From assembly GCF_014280175.1 (NCBI RefSeq), contig NZ_CP047931.1, positions 270,001-302,000 of the forward strand: a stretch of DNA of 32,000 nucleotides. The letters are read 5' to 3'. Source of the stretch: Synechococcus sp. A15-28 (lineage in GTDB: Bacteria; Cyanobacteriota; Cyanobacteriia; PCC-6307; Cyanobiaceae). Of this stretch, positions 20,650 through 29,632 are shown in pieces (within the stretch, counting starts at the first letter, position 1; each line of letters starts with the position of its first letter). The notes under the pieces were generated by a model. It was not told the origin of the DNA. It saw nothing but the letters and a program-made list of their open reading frames with translations, and made no database searches. The translations under genes and the position numbers were made by a program.

Positions 20650-23600
20650 TTGCATCAGCATCCTATGGGGAATGTCAGCGCTACCCGGGGCGACACCCCC
20701 CCTCAGGCCGTCCGAACGGAGTGGATTGAAACGTTTCGCAGCCGCTCTCGCAGGGATTTGCGTTCCGGCTGGCGGCGGTCCGGTGCGCTTGGGTGCGACC
20801 CGTTCATCCTCGAGTCCTGGGGACAGAACAACCGTCCTGACTGGGCTGCACGCGGACTGCTGATCTGGCCCAGGGGGCGGCAGTGGCTGCGGCTGGAACA
20901 GACCGTGGTTCGGCCGGAGGCCTGGCCGGGGCCAGGCCAGCACAGGGTTCGGTTGTGTCTGAGCTGGTGGGCGGAGTCGGCACGCCTCTGGGTTGATGGA
21001 CTGTTGGTGCATCAAGGCGATCTGTTTGACACCGCCTGTCGCTGGACGCTGCCGGAGGTGTTTCTGGCAGGAGAAGAGCTGAGGATCCAGCTGGAGCTCT
21101 GCAGCCCCCTGCATGACGACGGGGCCCTGATCAGCAGTTGCCTGGATCTTGAACCCAACCGTCCCGGCGAGGATTCGGCAGGGGTGCTGTTGCCGGAAGC
21201 GCTGCACCTGCACCTGGCGGCAGGGGGTGACTTGCCGCCTGGCTGGGAGCGGATGGATCCCAACGGTGATGCAGCCCTCAAGGCTGTTGCGCAGCAGGTG
21301 ATGGCGGAGCCCATAAACCAGGGTTCCGTGCATTGGTTCGGCCATGCCCATCTGGATCTGGCCTGGCTTTGGCCAGTCGCGGACACCTGGCAAGCGGCGG
21401 AGCGCACGTTCCGTTCTGCTCTCGAGCTGATGAAGCGTTGGCCTGATCTTCGTTTCGCCCACTCCACACCGGCGCTTTATGCCTGGATGGAACAGCACAG
21501 ACCTGAACTGTTTTCAGCGATCCGTACGGCCAGTCGGGCCGGTCGCTGGGAACCGCTCAACGGCCCCTGGGTGGAGAGTGACTGTGTGCTGTTGAGCACG
21601 GCATCGCTGTGGCAGCAGTTCGCGATCGGTCAGGCGTACAGCCGGGCCACATTCCCTGAGTGGCGGCATCACCTGGCCTGGCTGCCGGACAGCTTCGGGT
21701 TCTCAGCCGGTCTCCCCGCCGTTGCAAAGGCCACCGGTGTGCGTTGGTTCTGCACCCACAAGCTGGCTTGGAATGCCGCCAACCCATTCCCCCATCGGTT
21801 GTTCCGCTGGCGCGGGCGGGGAGGAGAGGAATTGATGAGCCTGATGCTCCCCCCGATCGGACGTCGCGGCGATCCACTGGACATGCTGAAGGAACAGCGC
21901 CAGTGGCAGAAGCGCAGCGGTGTCTCAGAGCTCCTCTGGATTCCGGGGGTTGGCGACCACGGAGGCGGGCCCACGGAGGAGATGCTGGAGCAGATGCAGC
22001 TCTGGGATTCGGAAGCTTCGGCGCTGCCGCGGCGAGACGGCTCTCTTCGGGAGTACCTCGACAGGCTGGAGCCCCTGGCTGGGCAGTTGCCGGTCTGGCG
22101 GGATGAGTTGTATCTCGAGCTCCACCGCGGCTGTGCTACCAGTCGCCCGGATCAGAAGCGTCACAACCGCAGCCTGGAACGGCTGTTGCGGGAAAGCGAC
22201 ACCGTGGCTGCACTTCTCGCCCTGGCAGGCCGCTCGACGCTTGGTCCGGATTGGCGCCTGCTGTTGTTTCAGCAGTTTCACGACATCCTCCCGGGGACGT
22301 CCATCCCGGAGGTGTTCGAACAGGCGGAACCGATTTGGCGGCGGGCCCGCCGCCAGGCCAGTGATCAGCGCGATCAAGGCCTGCGTCAGGTGCTGGATGT
22401 TGAACCTGGATCCGCTGACGGCACCACCTGGTTGTGGATGGGTTGGCAGCCTCTGGCCCGCTGGTCACCGCTGCTGAGGTTGCCGCGTGGCTCCTGGCGC
22501 TGCGGTGGCCCTGCCCTGCCCCTGCAGCACAGCGTGCAGGGAGGGACGTGGGTGCAGCTGCCCCTGCAGCGCGGGACTTGCTCAGTGGCCCTGGCCAGGG
22601 GGCCTGCGGAGGTGGGGGAGATGGCGCCCCGACATCCGGTCAGCGTCAAGCGACTCTCGCCTGAGATCTGGCGTGTCAGCAACGGTCTGGTGGAGCTGGA
22701 TTGCTCGTCCCTGGGGCTGTTGCAGCTGAGGGATGCCCAGGGGATTGATCAGCTCATGGCACCACTGCGTCCGTGCCGCTACCGGGATCGGGGTGAGTTC
22801 TGGGATGCCTGGGACATCGCTGCGGATTACCGAGAGCATCCATTGGAGATCAAGCCAATCGAAGCGGTTCAGCTGCTCGAGTCGGGGCCGCTGGTGGCCC
22901 AACTGGTGGTGAGATATCAGCTGGGCAGCAGCTGCATGCGCCTGGACCTGCGCCTCAAAGCGGACTGTCCCTGGTTGGAATTGATGGTGTCGGTGGATTG
23001 GCGTCAGCGCCATGAACTGCTGCGCCTGGAGTTGCCCCTTGCATTGCCGGCGGTGCGTCTGGCGGCAGACACCAGTGGCGGGGTGATCGAACGACCGGCG
23101 CGTCCGCAGACATGTCGCGAACGCGAACGATGGGAGGTGCCTGCCGTGTCCTGGCTGGCGTCCCAGGCCAAGGCACCCGGCGGGGGCCTCGCTGTTCTTC
23201 TGGACGGTCCGCAGGGGGTGGATGGGGACCAGGATCGGCTGGGTGTTTCGCTACTCCGTAGCGCGACCTGGCCGGATCCTTCGGCGGACCAGGGTCTGCA
23301 GCGAAGTCGCTTGGCGCTGATGCCGTTTCAGGGAAGTTGGGCCCATGCGTCTGTGCCCCAGGCAGCTATCGCATTTCGCGAGCCCGGTTGGCACGGGCCG
23401 ATGAGCACAGCACGGATCCACCCAGCGTTGGGTGGTCACTGCTGGTTCCCAGCCATCCCAGAGCAACTGTGTCCGATTGCCCTGCGTCCCGCCTCCGACG
23501 GCGTTGTGCTGCAGCTGCTCAATCCAGGAGCGTCCCGCTGCCGCTGGACTCCTGGCGGCGGCTGGAGGATCGGCCGCACCGTCGCCGTGGACGACTGGGT

Positions 23601-23652
23601 CGAGCTGGCCCCTGGAGAGCTGGCAGAGCTTCGTGTGGCTCAGTCCTCGTGA
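20650..23652 (+). CDS. Glycoside hydrolase family 38 alpha-mannosidase
   Basis: Up to 1000 aa (start uncertain: TTG 20650 or ATG 20665 or later); GHAHLDLAWLWPVADT, GRWEPLNGPWVESDCVLLS, FPEWRHHLAWLPDSFGFSAGLPAVAKATG, FQQFHDILPGTSIPEVFE. Confidence 0.92.
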   Translation: MHQHPMGNVSATRGDTPPQAVRTEWIETFRSRSRRDLRSGWRRSGALGCDPFILESWGQNNRPDWAARGLLIWPRGRQWLRLEQTVVRPEAWPGPGQHRVRLCLSWWAESARLWVDGLLVHQGDLFDTACRWTLPEVFLAGEELRIQLELCSPLHDDGALISSCLDLEPNRPGEDSAGVLLPEALHLHLAAGGDLPPGWERMDPNGDAALKAVAQQVMAEPINQGSVHWFGHAHLDLAWLWPVADTWQAAERTFRSALELMKRWPDLRFAHSTPALYAWMEQHRPELFSAIRTASRAGRWEPLNGPWVESDCVLLSTASLWQQFAIGQAYSRATFPEWRHHLAWLPDSFGFSAGLPAVAKATGVRWFCTHKLAWNAANPFPHRLFRWRGRGGEELMSLMLPPIGRRGDPLDMLKEQRQWQKRSGVSELLWIPGVGDHGGGPTEEMLEQMQLWDSEASALPRRDGSLREYLDRLEPLAGQLPVWRDELYLELHRGCATSRPDQKRHNRSLERLLRESDTVAALLALAGRSTLGPDWRLLLFQQFHDILPGTSIPEVFEQAEPIWRRARRQASDQRDQGLRQVLDVEPGSADGTTWLWMGWQPLARWSPLLRLPRGSWRCGGPALPLQHSVQGGTWVQLPLQRGTCSVALARGPAEVGEMAPRHPVSVKRLSPEIWRVSNGLVELDCSSLGLLQLRDAQGIDQLMAPLRPCRYRDRGEFWDAWDIAADYREHPLEIKPIEAVQLLESGPLVAQLVVRYQLGSSCMRLDLRLKADCPWLELMVSVDWRQRHELLRLELPLALPAVRLAADTSGGVIERPARPQTCRERERWEVPAVSWLASQAKAPGGGLAVLLDGPQGVDGDQDRLGVSLLRSATWPDPSADQGLQRSRLALMPFQGSWAHASVPQAAIAFREPGWHGPMSTARIHPALGGHCWFPAIPEQLCPIALRPASDGVVLQLLNPGASRCRWTPGGGWRIGRTVAVDDWVELAPGELAELRVAQSS

Positions 23653-23780
23653 TCGTCGAAGGGATCATCCAGGGCCTTCGACGGTGGACCGAAGGCCTGA
23701 TACACCCCGAAACCGGTCATGCCGAGCAGAACGGCGAGCACTCCGATGGCGACGGAGAGGGCAGGGGACGACGTTTCCAT
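23640..23780 (-). CDS. psbN: Photosystem II protein N
   Basis: 46 aa by manual translation: [46 protein letters not shown]; divergent from psbH as usual; absent from the ORF track. Confidence 0.96.
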   Translation of the reverse strand: METSSPALSVAIGVLAVLLGMTGFGVYQAFGPPSKALDDPFDDHED

Positions 23781-23865
23781 CACATCTCTCGACAGGACCA
23801 ACCCCGAACTGGAGTTGGCCCCTACAGTATCCAGACTTCAATCCACCCGAGACCCAAGCGTCGCC

Positions 23866-24066
23866 ATGGCTCAACGCACCCGTCTGGGAGACCTTCTCCG
23901 CCCTCTGAACTCCGAGTACGGCAAGGTCGTTCCCGGCTGGGGCACCACACCCGTAATGGGCATTTTCATGGTGCTGTTCCTGGTGTTCCTGCTGGTGATT
24001 CTTCAGCTGTACAACAAGTCGCTGATCCTCGAAGGCATTAACGTCAATTGGAACGGCCTGGGTTGA
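23866..24066 (+). CDS. psbH: Photosystem II phosphoprotein H
   Basis: 66 aa from ATG 23866: [66 protein letters not shown]. Confidence 0.97.
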   Translation: MAQRTRLGDLLRPLNSEYGKVVPGWGTTPVMGIFMVLFLVFLLVILQLYNKSLILEGINVNWNGLG

Positions 24067-24073
24067 TCGATCG

Positions 24074-24307
24074 ATGAACGTTTTCGGCGTCGGCCTCCCC
24101 GAAATGGCGGTGATCGGCGCCGTTGCACTTCTTGTCTTCGGTCCCAAGCGGCTTCCTGAGCTCGGCCGGACCCTTGGCAAGACCCTGAAGGGGTTCCAAT
24201 CCGCTTCCAAGGAATTCGAGCGGGAAATCAATAAAGCGATGGCTGAGCCGGAACAGTTGACGTCTTCGGATGCAGAGGCATCCAGCACGACACCTCCCAA
24301 CGACTGA
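24074..24307 (+). CDS. tatA: Sec-independent protein translocase TatA/E family
   Basis: 77 aa; MNVFGVGLPEMAVIGAVALLVFGPKRLPELGRTLGKTLKGFQSASKEFEREI. Confidence 0.93.
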   Translation: MNVFGVGLPEMAVIGAVALLVFGPKRLPELGRTLGKTLKGFQSASKEFEREINKAMAEPEQLTSSDAEASSTTPPND

Positions 24308-24313
24308 GCCCCG

Positions 24314-24925
24314 ATGGCTGATGTGCTCCGGCTGGTTGTCGGCCTCGGCAATCCAGGTCCGAAGTACGAGGGGACCCGTCACAACATCGGCTTCATGGCC
24401 CTGGAGCGGATGGGCTCCCGCGAAGGCTTCAGTTTCCGTCAGCAGACCAAATTGCATGGTCTGGCGGCGGAGCAAGGGTTCGGTGAGAGCCGGTTGAGGC
24501 TGCTCATGCCTCAGACCTACATGAACGACAGTGGTCGCTCGATTCGAGCAGCCCTCGACTGGTTTGGGTTCACTCCAGAGCAGCTGCTGGTCCTCGTGGA
24601 CGACATGGATCTCCCATTGGGGCGGCTGCGTTTACGCGCCCAGGGCAGTGCGGGAGGGCACAACGGTTTGCGCAGCACAATCCAGCATCTGGGGACGCAG
24701 GCTTTTCCTCGCCTGCGCATCGGCATCGGTGCTCCGGCGGAGAACCCCGTGGAACGTCGGGCGCGCACCGTCTCCCATGTGCTCGGTCCCTTCAGCAAGG
24801 CAGAGCAACCGGACGTGAATGCCGTGCTTGACGCTGTTCTGGAGTCCATTCAGCGGATACAGCGGCAGGGACTGGACCGCGCCGGTAACTGGATCAACGG
24901 CTTTCGTCCCGCGGCGATCGAATGA
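24314..24925 (+). CDS. pth: Peptidyl-tRNA hydrolase
   Basis: 203 aa; LVVGLGNPGPKYEGTRHNIGFMALE, LMPQTYMNDSGRSI, DDMDLPLGRLRLRAQGSAGGHNGLRSTIQHLG, RIGIG. Confidence 0.96.
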   Translation: MADVLRLVVGLGNPGPKYEGTRHNIGFMALERMGSREGFSFRQQTKLHGLAAEQGFGESRLRLLMPQTYMNDSGRSIRAALDWFGFTPEQLLVLVDDMDLPLGRLRLRAQGSAGGHNGLRSTIQHLGTQAFPRLRIGIGAPAENPVERRARTVSHVLGPFSKAEQPDVNAVLDAVLESIQRIQRQGLDRAGNWINGFRPAAIE

Positions 24926-25179
24926 CAGCGCTTCCTGCCACAACAGCTCACCTGCGGGTTCTACGGCAGTGCTTCAGCGATCAGTGCGTTGAAGGAGAGG
25001 TTTCGGCCGGCGGTTTTGAGTGGTCCTTTCACTGGGCCTTTGATCGGGGTGAACTCACGGTCGAGCCCTCCCTCGGCCGCGCTTTGATCCAGGACGCTTT
25101 GCTGCGCTTCCTGGTGCGGGCTGATTACCGATTGGAGCCTGGTGGCGATTACACCTTCACGGTGCGGGCACGCTTTTGA
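24922..25179 (+). CDS. DUF3146 family protein
   Basis: 85 aa, ATGA overlap with pth; GEVSAGGFEWSFHWAFDRGELTVEPSLGRALIQDALLRFL. Confidence 0.75.
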   Translation: MTALPATTAHLRVLRQCFSDQCVEGEVSAGGFEWSFHWAFDRGELTVEPSLGRALIQDALLRFLVRADYRLEPGGDYTFTVRARF

Positions 25180-25597
25180 AGGTCGGCCGCGGCTGAGGCC
25201 ATCGGCAACGAGATCCAAGGTGATCCTCCACCATCACCAGAGCCGCCACCGCATCCAGGTCGCCGGGGGGCACGCGCATGCCCCGGGGCAACAGTTTCCT
25301 CCAGCCCCTGGCAGGCCAGAGCTGCCAGTAACGCTCCCGGGCGCGCAGCGTTGTGCCCTGTTCTTCAACGACGTCGACGGATGCCAGCCTCCGCAAGGAT
25401 GGCTGCCATTGTTTCGAGCTGGTGCCGTTCCCCAGCAGGATCAGTCCCACCCCTCCCTGTTTGGACCAGGTTGTCAGCTGATCGATGACGCGCGAGACCG
25501 GCAGCACAACACCCTCGAGGACGAGACGCTGTTCAGGATCCACCAGGACCAGACCGCACTTGGCACGACCGGGGTCCAGTCCCACAAGATGGCTCAT
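25157..25597 (-). CDS. RuvC/YqgF-like resolvase-fold protein
   Basis: 146 aa; N-terminal LVGLDPGRAKCGLVLVD, LLGNGTSS and C-terminal PPGDLDAVAALVMVEDHL acidic motif. Confidence 0.75.
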   Translation of the reverse strand: MSHLVGLDPGRAKCGLVLVDPEQRLVLEGVVLPVSRVIDQLTTWSKQGGVGLILLGNGTSSKQWQPSLRRLASVDVVEEQGTTLRARERYWQLWPARGWRKLLPRGMRVPPGDLDAVAALVMVEDHLGSRCRWPQPRPTFKSVPAP

Positions 25598-26748
25598 TGC
25601 CTAACAATCAAGCGGACGGCGACAGGATCCGCCGTGTCGCTGCTGCGTGCCGCGATCACCTGCAGCTCGAGAGGTTGGCTGTCGACGCGTTCCACCAGCT
25701 CAAGCCCCAGCGCGTTCAAGGCGTTGCCATCGAATTGGAGTCCCTCAGTGAGTGATCCCCGTCGTTGAACTTCCGCAAAGGCTGAGGCCAGCAGCAGGTT
25801 GAGACGGTTGCGGACCGCCTCTGATCCGCGTTCCTCTGGCTCGAGGGTGGTGGTGGCCAGCACCTCGTCGGGGCGGGTGATGGTTCGGTTCGGTTTCACA
25901 TCCGGGTAGGCATACACAACGGCCTCACCCCGCAGCACATTGCCCGCTGATCGCATCGACACGACCCAGGTGCCTGATTGGCGAAGGGTTTGTTGCAGCC
26001 TTTCCACATCGCTGCGGGGCACCAGCAGGATCTGGCGATCTGGGGTTTCCCCAGGTCTGACCCTGACGTAGGCGGTCTGGTTGGCTTCCTGCAGCAACCG
26101 ATCCACCACCTGTTTGGCCTGCTCTGGTTGCTCAAGCCGGACCGTGGCTGTCGCCAGGGGTTGCCCACTGCGCAGCACAACGGATCCACGGCGCAAGGCC
26201 AGAAGATCCTTCTCCAGGGATGTGAGTTCCTGTTCCCCAGCCTTGATTCGATCCCGCACACTGCGAAGTTCCGCTTCCGTGCGCTGAATGTCGAGGTCCC
26301 GGGCCTGGATGTCGGCCGTCAGTCGGTTCCGTTCCTGCTCCAGCTGAAGTTTCTGTTGTTGCAGTGGTTCAAGCTCCTGCCGCAGGGTTGCGGCCCGTCG
26401 CCGGGTGGTGATCAATTCCGCTTCGATCCGCTCCGTGGCTGATCTGGCGTCGCGCCGATCCGCTTCGGCTGCATCTAGGGCAGAACGGCTATCTCGGAGT
26501 TTGGCCTGCAGCGCATCGAGCTCGAACAGGCCAACCCGCAGCTGGCGGCTCACCAGAAGTAGAAGGCCCAGAGATAGGGCACTGATCAGGCTGCCGGTGA
26601 GCACCGTGATCAATACAGCGGTGCGACGAGGCCTCAGGTTGAACAGACTCAGCCGCGCCTTCCCCACACGACTGCCAAGACGATCACCCAGGGTCGACAG
26701 CACACCACCGAGGATCAGCAGGGCCAGAATCAGCAGCCAACCGCTCAT
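25594..26748 (-). CDS. DUF3084 family membrane/coiled-coil protein
   Basis: 384 aa; two N-terminal TM segments, RRTAVLITVLTGSLISALSLGLLLLVSRQLRVGLFEL, then a long coiled coil and conserved C-terminal region. Confidence 0.85.
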   Translation of the reverse strand: MSGWLLILALLILGGVLSTLGDRLGSRVGKARLSLFNLRPRRTAVLITVLTGSLISALSLGLLLLVSRQLRVGLFELDALQAKLRDSRSALDAAEADRRDARSATERIEAELITTRRRAATLRQELEPLQQQKLQLEQERNRLTADIQARDLDIQRTEAELRSVRDRIKAGEQELTSLEKDLLALRRGSVVLRSGQPLATATVRLEQPEQAKQVVDRLLQEANQTAYVRVRPGETPDRQILLVPRSDVERLQQTLRQSGTWVVSMRSAGNVLRGEAVVYAYPDVKPNRTITRPDEVLATTTLEPEERGSEAVRNRLNLLLASAFAEVQRRGSLTEGLQFDGNALNALGLELVERVDSQPLELQVIAARSSDTADPVAVRLIVRQ

Positions 26749-26775
26749 CGCTCGCCCCCGCCATGGAGGCTGAAG

Positions 26776-27489
26776 TCAGCTGAACCGCTTGGCCAGGGCG
26801 ATGGGATCCAGCACCGTGATCTTCTTGCGGTCAATCTGAACCAGCCCGGATTGGCGCAAGTCTCCCAGCAGACGGGTGATCGTGACGCGTGTGGAGCCAA
26901 TGGCTTCGGCGATGGCCTGATGGGACAGACGCAGATCAATTGTGATCCCGAGCTCGTCCGGGACGCCGAAATCCCGGCACAGCACCAGCAGAAAACTCAC
27001 CAGACGAGACGACATGTCTCGATGGGTGAGGGTTTCAATCATCGTTTCGGTTTGCAGAATCCGGCTGGAAAGTCCTTGCAGAAGGCGCAGGCCGACACCG
27101 GTGTCCGCTTCGATGGCGGCACGGACCGAGGCGGCAGGGGCGGTCACCATCTCGACCCGCGTGAAAGCGACAGCGTGATAAAAGCGGTCGGAACGGTGTC
27201 CGGTGAGCAGAGACAGCACACCAAACAGGCTGTTTTCGCGCAGCAGCGCCACGGTGATCTCTTCACCGGATTCGTAAACCCGAGACAGCCGCACAGCACC
27301 GCGACGGATCAGATAAACCCGTTCAGCCGGATCCCCCGGGAAGAAGATCGTCTTGTTGCGTTCCACCAGCTCAGTGCTGGCTCCATCCAGATCACGGATG
27401 ACATCCAGAAGGGTGCGGCTGCGTTCAGCTGCACCTGATCCCTGCGGTTGTTGTGGTGAATAGCGACTGAAACCACTGCTGGCCACCAT
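26776..27489 (-). CDS. ntcA: Global nitrogen regulator NtcA (Crp/Fnr family)
   Basis: 237 aa; [117 protein letters not shown]. Confidence 0.97.
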   Translation of the reverse strand: MVASSGFSRYSPQQPQGSGAAERSRTLLDVIRDLDGASTELVERNKTIFFPGDPAERVYLIRRGAVRLSRVYESGEEITVALLRENSLFGVLSLLTGHRSDRFYHAVAFTRVEMVTAPAASVRAAIEADTGVGLRLLQGLSSRILQTETMIETLTHRDMSSRLVSFLLVLCRDFGVPDELGITIDLRLSHQAIAEAIGSTRVTITRLLGDLRQSGLVQIDRKKITVLDPIALAKRFS

Positions 27490-27510
27490 GGTTTCCTCGC
27501 AACTGTTGGG

Positions 27511-27552
27511 AAATTACGAATGCGCCATGACCCGCCATGTAGTCGTTATTAC
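27511..27552 (-). promoter_or_regulatory. NtcA-activated-type promoter upstream of ntcA (NtcA box 27539..27552, -10 element 27511..27516)
   Basis: Minus strand: GTAATAACGACTAC (exact GTA-N8-TAC), 22 nt spacer, TAATTT (TAN3T). Confidence 0.85.
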
Positions 27553-28298
27553 GAAATCCTCGAACCGGTGTCCGTCGCCAGGGCGAGACGCTGCCCACGC
27601 ATCAGCTCCTGAATGCCGGATTCAGCCAGGTTGAGCATGGCATCGAGCTCGGAGCGGCTGAACGGCGCCTGCTCCGCTGTCCCCTGCAATTCGAGCAGGC
27701 GGCCGTCGCCGGTGGTCACCACGTTGAGATCCACATCGGCACAGCTGTCTTCGCTGTAGTCAAAATCCAGCAGGGGCACGGCGTCGATCAGTCCTACGGA
27801 AACCGCCGCCAGTTGATGGCGGATCGGATCCTGCGACAACACGCCCTGGGCGAGGAGGCGGTCGCAGGCCCGTCGCAGGGCAATCCAGGCGCCGGTGATC
27901 GACGCGGTGCGGGTGCCGGCGTCGGCCTGGATCACATCGCAGTCGATCAGAAGGGTGCGCTCGCCCAGTGCCTCCATGTCGAGAACGGCCCGGAGACTGC
28001 GGCCGATGAGGCGTTGGATCTCCTGCGTTCTGCCGGAGAGTTTCATCAGTTCCCGGGACTGTCGTTGCGGCGTCGAACCGGGAAGCAGACGATATTCAGC
28101 CGTGAGCCAGCCGCAATGGCCGCCCCTGCGCCAGCGGGGCACGTCCTCCTCCAGGGAAACGCTGCAGAGAACAGCCGTTCGGCCCGTGCGCACGATCAGG
28201 GAACTCAGGGCGAAGGACATCGGATCCCAGTCCACGGAGAACGGGCGCAGCTCTTCTGCTCCCCGGCCGTCAGCCCGCGTGGGCGTGGATGCAGGCAT
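27549..28298 (-). CDS. rph: Ribonuclease PH
   Basis: 249 aa; RADGRGAEELRP, GRTAVLCSVSLEEDVPRW, GWLTAEYRLLPGST, EIQRLIGRSLRAVLD, LLIDCDVIQADAGTRTASITGAWIAL. Confidence 0.96.
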   Translation of the reverse strand: MPASTPTRADGRGAEELRPFSVDWDPMSFALSSLIVRTGRTAVLCSVSLEEDVPRWRRGGHCGWLTAEYRLLPGSTPQRQSRELMKLSGRTQEIQRLIGRSLRAVLDMEALGERTLLIDCDVIQADAGTRTASITGAWIALRRACDRLLAQGVLSQDPIRHQLAAVSVGLIDAVPLLDFDYSEDSCADVDLNVVTTGDGRLLELQGTAEQAPFSRSELDAMLNLAESGIQELMRGQRLALATDTGSRIS

Positions 28299-28445
28299 CA
28301 GCGCATGTCAGCTGATCCCAAGCCTGACAGGCGATGTCGTGGCTTGATGGAACGTCACACCATGGATGGTGTCTGAACCCTTGTGGAGTGGCTTTGCACC
28401 GCTACATTCAAGGTCTGCCGGGTCTCCCGGGTGACTGCAGCCGAG

Positions 28446-29039
28446 ATGACCGCCAGCCTCACGACAAGCCATCGCTCCTCGGATTCCCCGGATCAAGACC
28501 ACAGGGCTCTCGAACGGGCTGGTCTTCGTCCGCTGGTGCCGGTCCGTCCACCCCTGCATCTGGTGGAACCGGAGGGGCAGCTGCAGGTCCACACCGCGAC
28601 CTATCGGGGCAGCTTTTCCAGTGTTCTCAGCCAGGCGATGCGTGCTGCTGGGCTCGGCAGCCGTGTGCTGATTGCACAGTTCCTCAAAGGTGGCGTGCAT
28701 CAGGGTCCTGAGGGTTGTGTGCGTCTCTGCGGAGGGCTGACCTGGCTTCGCCCGGATGTGCCGGCTTGTCTGTCGGAGGCCGGCCATCCCAGTGGTGCTG
28801 CGGCTGTTGATGGGGTCTGGCAGTTCTGCCGCAGCCATCTCCGCGATGGCGATATCGATCAGCTGGTCCTGGATGAAGTGGGCCTCGCCGTCGGTTTGGG
28901 CTACGTCGAGGAGGCGGAACTGCTGGAGGCCCTCGACCAGCGGCCGCCGGCGATGGATGTGGTGATCACGGGGCCCGCCATACCCCCGAGCATCGTGGCC
29001 ATGGCGGATCAGGTCACCCAGTTGCGCCGAGGTTTCTGA
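28446..29039 (+). CDS. CobO/CobA/BtuR-like (corrinoid adenosyltransferase-fold) P-loop-family protein with degenerate Walker A
   Basis: ~197 aa; MRAAGLGSRVLIAQFLKGG, VWQFCRSHLRDGDIDQLVLDEVGLAVGLGYVEEAELLEAL, RPPAMDVVITGPAIPPSIVAMADQVTQLR align with CobO-type enzymes. Confidence 0.78.
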   Translation: MTASLTTSHRSSDSPDQDHRALERAGLRPLVPVRPPLHLVEPEGQLQVHTATYRGSFSSVLSQAMRAAGLGSRVLIAQFLKGGVHQGPEGCVRLCGGLTWLRPDVPACLSEAGHPSGAAAVDGVWQFCRSHLRDGDIDQLVLDEVGLAVGLGYVEEAELLEALDQRPPAMDVVITGPAIPPSIVAMADQVTQLRRGF

Positions 29040-29632
29040 TGCTCAAGAACGATCGCTGGATCACCGAACAGGCCGCTCAGGGCATGCTGGAGCCGTTCCA
29101 GAAGGGCTTGGTCCGCCATCTGGATCCCGACCAGAAAGCACGGCCGGTGCTGAGTTTCGGCTGTTCCTCCTACGGCTACGACCTGCGCCTGTCAGCGCAG
29201 GAATTCATGATTTTTCGCCATGTGCCTGGCACGGTGATGAATCCCAAGCGTTTCAATCCAGCCAACCTCGAACCGACACCCCTGCATGAGGACGAGGACG
29301 GTCGGTATTTCATTCTTCCGGCCCACTCATATGGGCTTGGGGTCGCGATGGAGAAGATGCGTGTTCCCCCCAACATCACGGTGATCTGCCTCGGCAAGAG
29401 CACCTATGCCCGCCTCGGCATCATCGTGAACACCACGCCGGCGGAAGCGAGCTGGGAGGGTCACCTCACCCTTGAGTTCAGCAACAGCTCCGGAGCTGAC
29501 TGCCGCATCTATGCCGAAGAGGGCATCTGTCAGCTGCTGTTCTTCGAGGGTGATCCCTGCGACACCACCTACAGCGATCGCCAGGGCAAATACCAGCACC
29601 AGCAGGAACGCGTCACCCTGGCCAGGATCTAA
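29039..29632 (+). CDS. dcd: dCTP deaminase family (Dcd)
   Basis: 197 aa; SFGCSSYGYDLRLS, LPAHSYGLGVAMEKMRVPPNITVICLGKSTYARLGIIVNTTPAEASWEGHLTLEFSN, ICQLLFFEG; TGATG overlap with the upstream gene. Confidence 0.94.
   Translation: MLKNDRWITEQAAQGMLEPFQKGLVRHLDPDQKARPVLSFGCSSYGYDLRLSAQEFMIFRHVPGTVMNPKRFNPANLEPTPLHEDEDGRYFILPAHSYGLGVAMEKMRVPPNITVICLGKSTYARLGIIVNTTPAEASWEGHLTLEFSNSSGADCRIYAEEGICQLLFFEGDPCDTTYSDRQGKYQHQQERVTLARI

Noticed and set aside
20476-21498. 340-aa minus-strand ORF overlapping psbI and the GH38 5' part
   Set aside because: Conflicts with psbI (same strand, other frame) and GH38; no motif.
25255-25295. GC-rich palindromic stretch around GCCGGGGGGCACGCGCATGCCCCGGGGC
   Set aside because: Lies inside the RuvC/YqgF-like coding sequence and is explained by Gly/Pro/Arg-rich codons; no evidence of regulatory function.
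28308-28838. 176-aa minus-strand ORF opposite the CobO-like gene
   Set aside because: The plus-strand frame shows recognisable CobO-like motifs; the minus frame does not.
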